A stretch of 64,000 bases of DNA from Plasmodiophora brassicae. Its lineage: Eukaryota. Location: contig CP145423.1 in NCBI GenBank assembly GCA_036867785.1, positions 744,001 to 808,000 of the forward strand, written 5' to 3'. The translations under genes were made by a program, and so were the position numbers. Positions within the stretch are counted from its first letter, which is position 1, and every line of letters starts with the position of its first letter. Shown here piece by piece: positions 46,209 to 56,656 of this stretch. The notes beneath the pieces were generated by a model. It saw nothing but the letters and a program-made list of their open reading frames with translations, had not been told where the DNA came from and searched no databases.

Positions 46209-46932
46209 GCCTGGATGCATCTGTGTCCCTGCAACGCCGGCGCGCCTGGATCACACGCTCGGCTCCCGTACCCGGCCTTGACCATCAGATGCGGCACCCT
46301 GCGCACGTTCAGCAGCTGGGCTGCCTGATCAGTGACAGTCTTCCAACGCTTTTAGCTCTTGGGTCATCCGGGAGCTGTTGGTCAAAAGGCAACTGTGGGA
46401 CCCCGCAATGTTCCCAGTTCAAGGCACGAGCTCCCGGATGACCCAAGAGCTAAAAGCGTTGGAAGACTGTCACTGATCAGGCAGCCCAGCTGCTGAACGT
46501 GCGCAGGGTGCCGCATCTGATGGTCAAGGCCGGGTACGGGAGCCGAGCGTGTGATCCAGGCGCGCCGGCGTTGCAGGGACACAGATGCATCCAGGCACGC
46601 ACACGTGCGTCATTCGAAATCACTCGCGAGACGTACGACGTCGTCCTGGTCTAGTCCTCGGTTGAAGGCAACCTGCTTGACGGCCACGTAACCACGGTCT
46701 GACCTGGCTCCTCTGACTCCGGTTCTGAGTTCGGGAAAAGGCAGTGTGGACTACAGCATACACACGTTCTGACGTCTTCTCGCGCTTGATTTCGAATGAC
46801 GCACGTGTGCGTTCAACAACGACTGCCTCCGGGGGAGACGACCATAGCAGACACATTTCATGGGTCGGCACACACGGATCAGCAAGCCTGCCCGTTTATT
46901 GACCTGCAGGATGGCGCCCGGCCGGGATGCGC

Positions 46933-48036
46933 TCAGGCGGCCACCGCGGCGACCAGGACGGCGGCGACGGCGCTGCTGAAGGCGATCGTGGTCGACGGTG
47001 CGGCGACGGCGTTCTCCTTCGACTCGGCGGCGCCCGCGTCCGGACTGAGCGCGCCAATCTGCTGCTGGACGCCCTCAAATGCCTTCTTCAGGTCATCGTT
47101 GGCGGCGTCATCGGCGTCCTTGCAGGCCTCGACGGCCTTCTTGTACGTCGCCTCCAGTTCGGCTTGGGCGGCCTCAACGATCGGTCGCGCCTTGTCGCGC
47201 TGCTCCTTCAGCTGCGCTGCGTCCGCGCCGTCCGTGCTCGGGGCTGCCGCCTTGACGTCGGTCTCGGCCTTGGCGAAGATCGTGTCGGCGGCGGTCTGGA
47301 ACTCGGTCACGTCGGGATGCGCAGGGACTAGGGCGTCGAGGTCGCTCATGGCCACCTTCAGCGCGTCCCCCATCTGCCGCTTTGTGACCTCGGCCATCAG
47401 TGCGCCGTTGGCGCCGGTGAGTTTATAGTCGCCGTTGTGGAGTTTGCCGATGGCGCCGTCGCGTTTCTCGACCTTGTTGACGGCGGCGTCGTACCGCGCC
47501 TGCAGCTGCCGTGTGGCAGGCTGCCGCAGCGCGATCGCCAGGCGGCGTCGATCCTTCAGCGGAGCACGAGCATCCGCCGCGTTCATGTCGTCCGTCGGCG
47601 CCGGGGTCATCGCATCCAGGGGATTTCTGCACGCGCCGATGACGATGTCGTTCACCTCTTTCTGGAACTGGACCATGTCATCATCGTAGATCAGCCAATA
47701 GACGTCTGTCTCTGCGCGATCGCGAATCTCATTCAGCTTGGCCTTGTCTTCGTCGCTGGCACCCTTGACGGCCGCCTTGTGGGCCTTCCCGACCTCGCCG
47801 ATTGCAGTCCGCGCATAGCTGGTTTGAACGCCATACGTCATTTGCTCCGTGCGTTTAAGCAGGGCTCCGTCGTCCCTCGGGTCGTTGACCGGTTGCTTGC
47901 CCGCTGCCTCTTTGGCAGTCTTGACGAACTCGTTGACTTTGTTCTGGAAATCGTCGACCACTTTGTTGTCCGCTGTTGCAGCGGCCCAGGCGGCCAGGGA
48001 CGCGACGGCGATCACGAGCAGCTTGCCGTTGTACAT
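46933..48036 (-). CDS. Predicted GPI-anchored surface protein, type B copy 2 (identical 367 aa)
   Basis: Translation is identical to 44769-45872. Confidence 0.85.
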   Translation of the reverse strand: MYNGKLLVIAVASLAAWAAATADNKVVDDFQNKVNEFVKTAKEAAGKQPVNDPRDDGALLKRTEQMTYGVQTSYARTAIGEVGKAHKAAVKGASDEDKAKLNEIRDRAETDVYWLIYDDDMVQFQKEVNDIVIGACRNPLDAMTPAPTDDMNAADARAPLKDRRRLAIALRQPATRQLQARYDAAVNKVEKRDGAIGKLHNGDYKLTGANGALMAEVTKRQMGDALKVAMSDLDALVPAHPDVTEFQTAADTIFAKAETDVKAAAPSTDGADAAQLKEQRDKARPIVEAAQAELEATYKKAVEACKDADDAANDDLKKAFEGVQQQIGALSPDAGAAESKENAVAAPSTTIAFSSAVAAVLVAAVAA

Positions 48037-49477
48037 GGTGGTTAATAGGTGCAGGTCGGCGGGGGGACGACGTGGATTGGTTCTAGTGCGGGACGATCAG
48101 GCTTGCGATACGGCGAATAGATATGGATATGGGGGGCGCAGGCTGATCGGGCCTTCCGACCATGGCCGCCAGATCGTGGGATCGATCCACGTCGACAGCC
48201 GGTCGGACTAGTTCCGGCCCTGACCGGCCGGCTGACACGCCACCCGCCCTCGACGTGACTCACGCCGCCGCCACACACCCACTCGTGGACGGGCCCACAG
48301 GTCGGCATCGATCGAATTAATTCGCCCGCGCATGACTCACGAGGCATGGCGCGCGACGACGCTGGCCGGTCAGCACCGCAGAGGAACGGCAGTAGGCGGT
48401 TCGACTGATCCGGGTCGATCGATCGCCCGGGCGGGCGCTGGTTTGGCTGACGTCTCTGCGGTCGCGCCTGGCGCGTCTGCGTGTCTCCGGCAGCCGGCTC
48501 CTGTCGAACGGTGACGTCGTCGTGGAGAACCCCGGTTCCGCTGGACGCTGTACCGGATGCACAAATGGGTACGCCGTCGCCCCGCCTCGATGCATCTGTA
48601 TCCCCTGCAACGCCGGCGGGGAGAGGGGGCGGTGTGCACCTGATACGCCCTCTGATACCTGGTATCACACCCGGGTGTTGTGATCACCAGTCGACCAGAC
48701 GGCGCTTCGCTCTGGAAGCGATAGCACTCCTCTACTCGCAAAGATCGATTCTCTGCGAACATGGACGCTGACGAGACGGAGCAACAGCCGTCCGGCAGCG
48801 ACTCTAACCGTCGTCGGGAGCGCGGACGACCACTGCGATGTTGGCCGGCGTCCACATTGCGATTGCTGTGTCTGCTAGCAGGTCCATTCGGATACGAGGA
48901 TGCAGATGATGTCGCCAATGCCGCAATGGCCACGTTGGGTTCGTGTCACCGGTCCGGATCAGGCGACAGGTTGGGCACACCCCCTCCCCCACTCCTCCTC
49001 ATCCGGGGACGCCTACGTTCACAAGAACTGCTACCAAGGCGTCCTCGGTTGAATTGACAGAAGGCGGTGTTCTGCTCGTCTACAAAGGATCAGCGGGTTG
49101 CATCAGCGCTACATGGCGGGGTGCACCGTGTGCACCTGGTCGTCCTCTGATTGCCGCGCTGGGGGGCACATGCACCCTGCTTACCCGATACTTCGGGCTG
49201 GCCGTGCCTTGTGCAGCAAGCGTCGGGGCAGTAATCATTGGCGGCGGCGTGAGTCACGTCGAGGCCATGGCGTGACATCCGGCCGGCAGGTCAGGGCCGG
49301 AACCAGACCGACCGAATGTCGAACGTGGATCGATCGACCGATCGGTCTGGCGGGCATGGTCGGAAGGCCCGACCCGCCTGTCTGCCCGCCATATCCATAT
49401 CTATTCGCCATATCGCAAGCCTGAACGCCCTGCACTAGAACGGATCAACTAACGTCACCTTCGCCCACCGCCGCCCA

Positions 49478-50230
49478 ATGTACACCCGCAAGGTCATCCT
49501 GATTGCCGTCGCGTCCCTGGCCGTCCAGCTGGCGGCTGCGACGAAAGGCGCAGAGAGCGGCGACAAAACGGCCAAGCCGAAGCCGACCGACCAGGACCTG
49601 CTGCAGAGGTTCCAAGATTTCGCCAACGATCGCATCGTCGTGTTAACGAGGGGCGCCGTGGCGTTGGCCGAGATCAAGGACACCGCGGACAAGGCCGCCT
49701 GGGCGCGACGTCGCGACGAGGCGACCCCGATCGTGCAGAAGGGCCGTGCAGACCTGTCGAAGAAGTACGACGAGATCGTCAAGGATGTCCAGGAAGGCGA
49801 GGCCAAGCAGACGCTGCAGACGGCCCTGGACGACGCGCAGAAGAAGCTCGCCGAGCTGGTCGATGACCCAGACGTGGTCGAGTTCCAGACGTTCGCCACC
49901 GGCCTCGTCGGCGAGGCCCGCACCGAGGTGGAGAATGTGCTCAAGGGTACCGAGGCGGGTGCCAAGCAGCTGACGAAGCAGCAGCGTAGCGCCCTGGTGT
50001 CCCCGATCATCCTCGCCAAGAAGGGCGACCTGAAGGCCAAGTATGACGCCGTCGCAAAGGTCGTCGAGACGTACGCCGACGTCAAGGCCCAGCTGGACCA
50101 GGCGTTCGAGAAGGCCCAGGCGGACCTCGACGACGTCGCCGCCGGCGACGACGACAGTAACGCCGCCGTGTCGTCCCGTGTCGCCGTCAGCGCCATCGCT
50201 GCCGTCGTCGTCGTCGCCATCGCCGCCTAA
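49478..50230 (+). CDS. Predicted GPI-anchored surface protein, type A copy 2 (250 aa)
   Basis: Identical to the 264-aa copy for the first ~107 residues, divergent in the middle, and identical again in the C-terminal ~47 residues. Confidence 0.85.
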   Translation: MYTRKVILIAVASLAVQLAAATKGAESGDKTAKPKPTDQDLLQRFQDFANDRIVVLTRGAVALAEIKDTADKAAWARRRDEATPIVQKGRADLSKKYDEIVKDVQEGEAKQTLQTALDDAQKKLAELVDDPDVVEFQTFATGLVGEARTEVENVLKGTEAGAKQLTKQQRSALVSPIILAKKGDLKAKYDAVAKVVETYADVKAQLDQAFEKAQADLDDVAAGDDDSNAAVSSRVAVSAIAAVVVVAIAA

Positions 50231-50574
50231 GAGCGCCGGGTCCACGTGGGCCTCGTCGTCCAATACACGACATAGCGTCCCTTCTGACGCGTGCGCTAAA
50301 GTTGCCCGACAGAGATCGGCCTGTTACACCCAAGTCAGACGGGACCCGTTCGGCCCGCCGCATGCGCTCGTGGAGGGCTCCTTTACGACTACTGCTTGCT
50401 TGTCGCTGTAATTTGTCCTCCTGATCATCCGGTGTCTGTTGCTCTATAGCTCGAGTCCTACCCAGGCGGCGTCATTGCTAACCTCACCTGAACTAAGCGT
50501 CCCACGTTCGCACAGGTTGCTCGCACGCTGCAATACAATAAATAGGCGTGTCGCATTGGCACGGTTCGCCCTTG

Positions 50575-51275
50575 TCAGGACGAGGGCGGGCAACCCGTCT
50601 CCGGATCTGCATCGGCAGGGACGTGTACAGCGATCTGTCCGACGAGCTTAGAACGGTCCGGGCGTCGTGCCTGCACAGGGACACCAACCCATGACGACAG
50701 GCCCGTGTGGACGAGTTCCCAGCGCATCCGGCCACCCGACTGGGCATTCGCCCACTGCAGGCGCCGGCGAACCTCGTTGCGCGCCTACATCAACCACGCG
50801 AAACGATTCAGATCACGTCGGGCACATAACGGGCAACGCGAACAGCGGCGCCTACCTCGACCACGCACTGGCCGGGCACGATACAAGACAGGCCCAGCGT
50901 GCACGGCGCGCACCCCATGCCATACGACATGCAGAGGACCTACGTAGGCAGGGCACGACGGTGAGTCGACAAACAGGGACGGCGCGCGCAGCGCCCGCGT
51001 ACGCATGGGAAATGCACGTCGAGCGTGTCGTTGATCTCCTCAATCAAGTCCCGGAACTGGTCCTTGGACATCTGCAACGCGTCTGTCACGATACCGCGTA
51101 TAGTACGAATCGCCGCCCCGGGCGTACGTACGTGCTTCTCGAGCTGCGGCGGGAACCGCTCCGAGTACGCGTGGTAGACGCCGCCAATGCATCCGCTAGC
51201 GCGCACCGGCGGTACGATGACGCAGGTGTCCGTCGAGGGCGGCACCGCTCCCAGGCAGGTCAGGACGGCGCCCAT
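50575..51275 (-). CDS. Golgin A7/ERF4-like Cys-rich membrane protein, multi-exon
   Basis: MGAVLTCLG.., YSERFPPQLEKH/MSKDQFRDLIEEINDTL and a Cys-rich hydrophobic segment GCAPCTLGLSC. Four short introns are inferred. Confidence 0.65.
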
Positions 51276-51540
51276 GCCCCACGCGACAAGCGCCGCCGGC
51301 GCGCCCAACCCGCCTTCGTGCTGCCCTTTTTGCGTTGTGTGACCCGTGACCCGTCCGCCTGCGGGCTGCACGCGCCTGACCTGTGCGCGAACTGCAGGAC
51401 GCGCACTGGACCCGTGACCGATACGTACCATCGCCACTGACGTTCCCGATAAAGTCCGGCTCCTGCTGACGGGAGCGGCTGCCGCGGGCTGCAGACACGC
51501 ACGCACAGTCGCACACACGGACAGCGCGGGCTCGGCAGAC

Positions 51541-51840
51541 ATGGCAGGGGACGACGGCAAGGCGGGCGGCGGCGGGCTGTTCGGCCCGGATCGATGGGCG
51601 ACGCTGGAGACGTATTTCGTGCGCCCGTTCATACAGGTGCGTGTATCGCGTGCGGGTCGCCGGTCGCGGGCGCGCGTCCGTTGACGTCGTCAATCGCAGG
51701 GGCTCGCCTGGGGCATCGCCACGAACGGCGCCGCCCTGCTGATATCGACGATCTGGTTCAAGTCGGCCGGCATCTACGTCTGCGCCAGCTGCGGCGAGCG
51801 TGAGCGACAGCGTGCGGCGGTCGCCGCGCCCCACCCATGA
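51541..51840 (+). CDS. ~78-aa single-TM microprotein, Mim1/Tom13-like motif
   Basis: Intron 51637-51699 (GTGCGT..CGCAG) gives MAGDDGKAGGGGLFGPDRWATLETYFVRPFIQGLAWGIATNGAALLISTIWFKSAG.. This product is not present in the ORF track. Confidence 0.6.
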
Positions 51841-52084
51841 CATGACCAATGACGGATACGCCCACACCATTAAACCGTATTCCACGTGCCGACTGATTCC
51901 GCACGACGATATGGCCGCCGGTCGCTCCTCACATTTGAACGACGACGACGACGCGTAACGTGTCGGCAGCGGCGGGGTCCTCGTATCGTGTCGAACCGTG
52001 ATTTATTATTTGGCAGTGACCGGGCCGGGGGGCGGCGAGCGACACCGTCATTTCAAGTTGGGCGGACTGCGGGCGGGATTGGTC

Positions 52085-52418
52085 ATGGCCGGCGGGGGTG
52101 TGCGCCCGAACCGCTGGATCGAGGACGTCGCCGCCAGGCGCGAGCGCCTGCATGAAACGTTCCGGTACGCATGCGTGCGTGCCGGACCGGCGGCGCGCGC
52201 GTTGCTCAGTGTGCCACCTGCCTGTCTGTAGAGTGACGCCGCGTAACGCGATGCTCGGCATCGTGTTCGGCATTATGGTCCCGGTCGGCATCTACTGTAT
52301 GGTGAAGACCAACCAGGTACGCGACCGTTCGGGATCGTGCTCGCGGTCATCGCTTGACGTCGGTGAACAGTACCGTCAGGATGAGTTGATGGGGCGCGGC
52401 AAGAGGGAATACTTCTGA
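52085..52418 (+). CDS. Complex I accessory subunit NDUFB4/B15-like, 3 exons
   Basis: MAGGGVRPNRWIEDVAARRERLHETF/RVTPRNAMLGIVFGIMVPVGIY..QDELMGRGKREYF matches the plant/protist-type pattern as recalled. Confidence 0.75.
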
Positions 52419-52430
52419 TGTGCGTGTGTT

Positions 52431-52746
52431 CTATTCATAAAGTTTGCGCTTCGCCTGCCATTGTTCGGCCGTCCACGCCTTGATCGACAGCGCGTGAATT
52501 GCCCGCATCGTGTCGCCCAGTCCCGACTGGACCATGCGGTGACGCTCGACGAGTGGCACGCCGTCGAATTGCCGCGACACGACCACGACGTCGAACTTCG
52601 CGCCGCAACCATCCGACACATCCTTCACGATCTGAACACACGTCGTTCACCAAGTGGTGGGCGGCGTCCCGATCTCACCGACATACAAGGGTGTCAGGCG
52701 ACAGCGCCTGCTGGAGCAGGTCCCTGACTTGCGCTTCCGACGACAT
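52431..52746 (-). CDS. BolA-family protein (BolA2-like)
   Basis: DVSDGCGAKFDVVVVSRQFDGVPLVERHRMV..IHALSIKAWT. One intron. Confidence 0.9.
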
Positions 52747-52827
52747 GACGATGTGCCGATGCCGGTGCCCGACGGAGTCCGTCACGGAGTCCGTGGCGCA
52801 GTCGTCTCCCGCGTCATCGTCAACGGC

Positions 52828-53451
52828 ATGGGGCGCCCGCGTCGCTTCGCAGACGAAGCCGATAGCGATGATTTCATGGACGGCGGCGAGGACGTTAACA
52901 TTGCGCTGGATGCGTCGGACGACGACGACAGCGATTCGTCATCGCCAGAGGAAATTGGGCAGAATGTCGTGCGGGAGGCCGCCAGGGAGCAGCGTGCGCA
53001 GGAGCGTGCCTCGCACCGACAGATGCGGCAGGCGCGTATCGACCGCGTTCGGCAACTGACTGCAAGGATCCATGCATCTGCCGACGAAAAGAGGCGTGCA
53101 GCGCTGTCCGAACACTTGCCGCGCCAGGCACTGGACCTGCTGGAATCGCAACAGAGCGCGAATGACGACGTTGACGCTGACGAAGACATGGCATCCGTCC
53201 CCGTGCCGGTGGAACGCAGGCCGGCACCCACGCGCGTTACTGTTGACGGGTTCCAACTGCAACTCCTGTCTGCTACGAAGGCGTCGGTGTCTGCCCACGC
53301 CGCTGCACTGGAAGCGTACAAGAACGCGATGAACGGTCACCGGCGGGCCTTCCCGAGGTGCGTTGGCAGACCCGCCGCGAAGTTCGCCACTCTGTCCGCT
53401 CGGCCAGTGCCCGAGTTCGTCCGCCGAAGACGTGGCGAGCGCAGCGAATAA
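52828..53451 (+). CDS. Hypothetical acidic/basic protein (possibly a nucleolar NOL7/Utp16-like protein)
   Basis: Open frame from MGRPRRF with DDDDSDSSSPEEI followed by a charged helix. The family call is weak. Confidence 0.55.
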   Translation: MGRPRRFADEADSDDFMDGGEDVNIALDASDDDDSDSSSPEEIGQNVVREAAREQRAQERASHRQMRQARIDRVRQLTARIHASADEKRRAALSEHLPRQALDLLESQQSANDDVDADEDMASVPVPVERRPAPTRVTVDGFQLQLLSATKASVSAHAAALEAYKNAMNGHRRAFPRCVGRPAAKFATLSARPVPEFVRRRRGERSE

Positions 53452-53592
53452 ACCTGCGAATACCATGTCATGCGCCGCGCGTTGTCCGAAAGAAGACAGG
53501 TCAAGCGTTCGATCAAATCGGCATACACTAGGAAAGACTGCTGCAATCGTTTACAGGATATCAATTCGGCTGCTTTTCGTCCGGGTCGTCAT

Positions 53593-55188
53593 TTATCGCC
53601 ACGTTGGAAACGTCCTTGGTAAGCTCTTCTGACCGAAGACATAACCTGTCAGGGCGACTCTCCTGAGATTGCGTTAGGCGTTAGACCTTCCATTGGTATC
53701 TGCGTCTCCTTGGTGTCCGCCGCCGTCGGACGCGGCTCCGCCTCCTCAGGCTGCTTCGCATCACCGGTATTCTTGATGGCGAGTCGTTCGTTGTAGTTCA
53801 GCAGCGTCTGCAGTCACAACCCAGTCAGGACAGCAGCGCGTGGGATCAGGGACGACAACAGCGAGACCCAGTCGAAGACGTAATCGACCTCGTACTGCTG
53901 CCTGAAGAACAGGTCTCGGAACAATCTGCGCAGGTAGGCGTAGTCGGGCTTGTCGTCGAACCGCAGTGTACGGCAATAGTTCATGTAGGTGGAGAACTCG
54001 GTCGGAAAGTTCTTGCAGAGCACCTCGATCGGTGTCGACATCTTCTTCTCGGATATCTTGTCATACTTCTCCTTCTTGGTATTTGCCTGCGCAGACCGCC
54101 GCGGTCACAACACACAGCCATCGGGCAAACGAATTGTTCGTCGGCGCGAACCTTGAGGCCCTGCCAGGGCAGACTCCCTCGGTTGAAGTACATGAGCAAG
54201 AATCCGATTGATTCCAGGTCGTCACGGCGAGATTGCTCGATGCCAAGATGCGTGTTGATCGACGCGTACCTTGCCGTGCCGGTCAGCGACTTGTGTTCCA
54301 GCTGAACAGCAACGGGGGACGTAAGCCATCGGAAACCCGCACACGACAAGGTGAAACGAAACAAAGACGTACGTATGGAATGTGCTGGTGCGTCTTCGGA
54401 TCCCGGTACTTCTTGGCAAGACCGAAATCGATGATGAACACCGTGTTGCATCGTTTGCCGAGCCCCATGAGGAAGTTATCGGGTTTGATGTCGCGGTGAA
54501 TAAAATTCTTGGCGTGAACGTATTCCACCCTCTACGAAAACGGGTCAGGTCTCAGATCGGGCGACTGGCTTTCACGTCCAAACGGAGACCGACCGCCAGC
54601 ATCTGGTCGGCGAGGAGAAGAACCGTTTTCAAGGAGAATTTCCGACCGCAGAATGTGAACAGATCCTCGAGGGACGGCCCGAGAAGCTCCATGACCATGA
54701 TGTTGAAGTCGCCTTCCTTGCCGAACCATTTCACATTCGGGATCCCCACTGACGGGCGACCACGTCAGTACACCCCCCGGTCAATCGTTGTCTCCCAGGC
54801 AGAAGAACGACGAACCTGCGCCCTGCAGCACACGATATAGCTTGAACTCGTATGCCAGCTGCGGGTGCCTGGTCTTGACGGATTCCTGTCCAGGCGAACG
54901 GTCAGTACGGGCAATGCGCGCCCACGATTGAACAGGAACGCCGCCCGTACGAGTTTAACAGCAAACTCTTCCCCGGTGTGGATATGGGTCCCTGTACAGG
55001 TATATCACTCTTCGCGGGCGCATACGTGGGCGTCGCTGCACCGACGTACCATGATACAAGTCGCCGAACGACCCCGACCCGATCTTCTTGCCGAGGCGGT
55101 ACTTGCCACCGACGCGCAGCTCGAGCCTGGGCCGCCGCGACCGTGACGCCGACGTCTGCGACTGCGTGTTGCCGTTCGGATCCGCCAT
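53593..55188 (-). CDS. CK1: Casein kinase 1, multi-exon
   Basis: [52 protein letters not shown] and LPWQGLK. Confidence 0.97.
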
Positions 55189-55575
55189 CGACGGCTGCTC
55201 GCGCCGGTGCCGGGGGCCCGCCGACCTGACCAACCAACCAACCGGCCGCCCTCTCTCACGCGCTTCTCTACCACCGGAACACTCGGCGGGCGGAATCAGC
55301 CCGCGCCACCCCTTTGACTCCGCGAACAATAAATAATTCCACACAGCCCGCTCCAACGCAAAAAATCACCACACACAACCTCCGCCTGTATTGCACTTTT
55401 AACAACAATAATATCGTTTTGTTTTTCAAGGCCACCCTTGCTGTGCTTGGCTCGCGCATACGACGAACGCACTCACACGCGACGGGGGCCATTGTACCAT
55501 TCGATCCCGGTTCATCACCGCAGTCTGAGGCTGCGGATCGTTGCAAGAAGAGGGCGCGACACGACAGAATCGGGT

Positions 55576-56346
55576 TTATCGCAGCGTCTGCAGGCGGTCG
55601 GCGTTGCCCTGGGGCGCAGATTCCCGGGACCGTTCGGGGATCCACCTCGTGGCGATTCGACTGGCGAGCTGAACGGATTCCAGCCAGGCCGGGAGCGGCA
55701 TGGCGCACGCGTCCGCGCATTCGAACCGGACGTGGACGAAGAGGATGTCCTTGGCGACGTTATGGGTCGTGCGCATCAGCATGTGCAGGTTGGTCCAGGA
55801 CGATCCGCGCGGGTTCGAAAGCAGGGCGGCCTCGTTGACAACGACAACGGAGAACCGGGCATGGTAGAACGACGGCCCCTTCATGTAGACGACGAAGTCG
55901 ACGCCGAACTTCAGGCCGCTCTTCGGCACCCAGCCCAGTTTCCGGAGGTGGCGATAGGCGGCGTACTGTGCCGGAAACTGAGGCGATACTCGGCAGAAGC
56001 GATCCCATAACGCATCGTCCGTGAGGACGGCGCCCGATTCCGCGTCGAGTATCTCCAGGCAGTGCAGACCAGATTGAGACGATAGATACAATGCCTCGAC
56101 ATGTAAAAGGACGAGGCGCTCGCCGTCTTCGAATCGCGTCGGCGCCGAACGCGACAGCGACCCCTTGCCGAAGAACCCGCCACGGTACAGGTCGACGGCA
56201 TCATCCAGGTCGTCGACAACGACCATTCGGCGCTGCAACACCGCCCGGTACGCGCGCCCATCGCGGCGGCCCGGCGGCGCCTCCACATGGTCGTACACGA
56301 GCGGCGCACCGCGCTTCGCCCTCGAACGCAGTGACGGCGTTGCCAT
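55576..56346 (-). CDS. TSEN2: tRNA-splicing endonuclease catalytic subunit Sen2
   Basis: LYRGGFFGKGSLSRSAP, YRHLRKLGWVPKSGLKFGVDFVVYMKGPSFYHA and NVAK. Confidence 0.9.
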   Translation of the reverse strand: MATPSLRSRAKRGAPLVYDHVEAPPGRRDGRAYRAVLQRRMVVVDDLDDAVDLYRGGFFGKGSLSRSAPTRFEDGERLVLLHVEALYLSSQSGLHCLEILDAESGAVLTDDALWDRFCRVSPQFPAQYAAYRHLRKLGWVPKSGLKFGVDFVVYMKGPSFYHARFSVVVVNEAALLSNPRGSSWTNLHMLMRTTHNVAKDILFVHVRFECADACAMPLPAWLESVQLASRIATRWIPERSRESAPQGNADRLQTLR

Positions 56347-56656
56347 CGCAGGTGCGAGGCTTCGGACACGTCTGGCACGTTTTGGTACGTTGGCGACGTC
56401 GACACTGTCAGTTAGAGGTTGCATGCGTGTCTGCGCAGTCAGGAGACAAATCGTGGGCACATGCAGCGTCCAGCGACGCTCGGGAACGGGTAGAAATGCA
56501 CGTATGGGATTCGATTGGTATCGAGTGGCGCAGGCCCGGATATTGTTTTATTCACCCGACCTTCACACTGCAACATACAGCGCCACGGACTCCGCGTCGC
56601 ATTGGGCACGGACTCCGTGGGCCGGCCACCCTGCACTGAGCGCACGCTGCAGCGCT

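Larger units (their letters stand above)
42434..50329. repeat. ~7.9-kb palindrome: arms 42434-46376 and 46429-50329, 52-bp unique spacer
   Basis: Mirrored ORFs have identical translations and their coordinates sum to 92805. No mismatch was seen between 43005-46376 and 46429-49800. The outer ~550 bp are homologous but diverged. Confidence 0.97.

Noticed and set aside
51276-51632. Extended N-terminus of the ERF4-like gene sharing a CATG with the opposite-strand microprotein start
   Set aside because: The downstream MGAVLTC start gives a more plausible acylated N-terminus, and the overlap is unsupported without transcripts.
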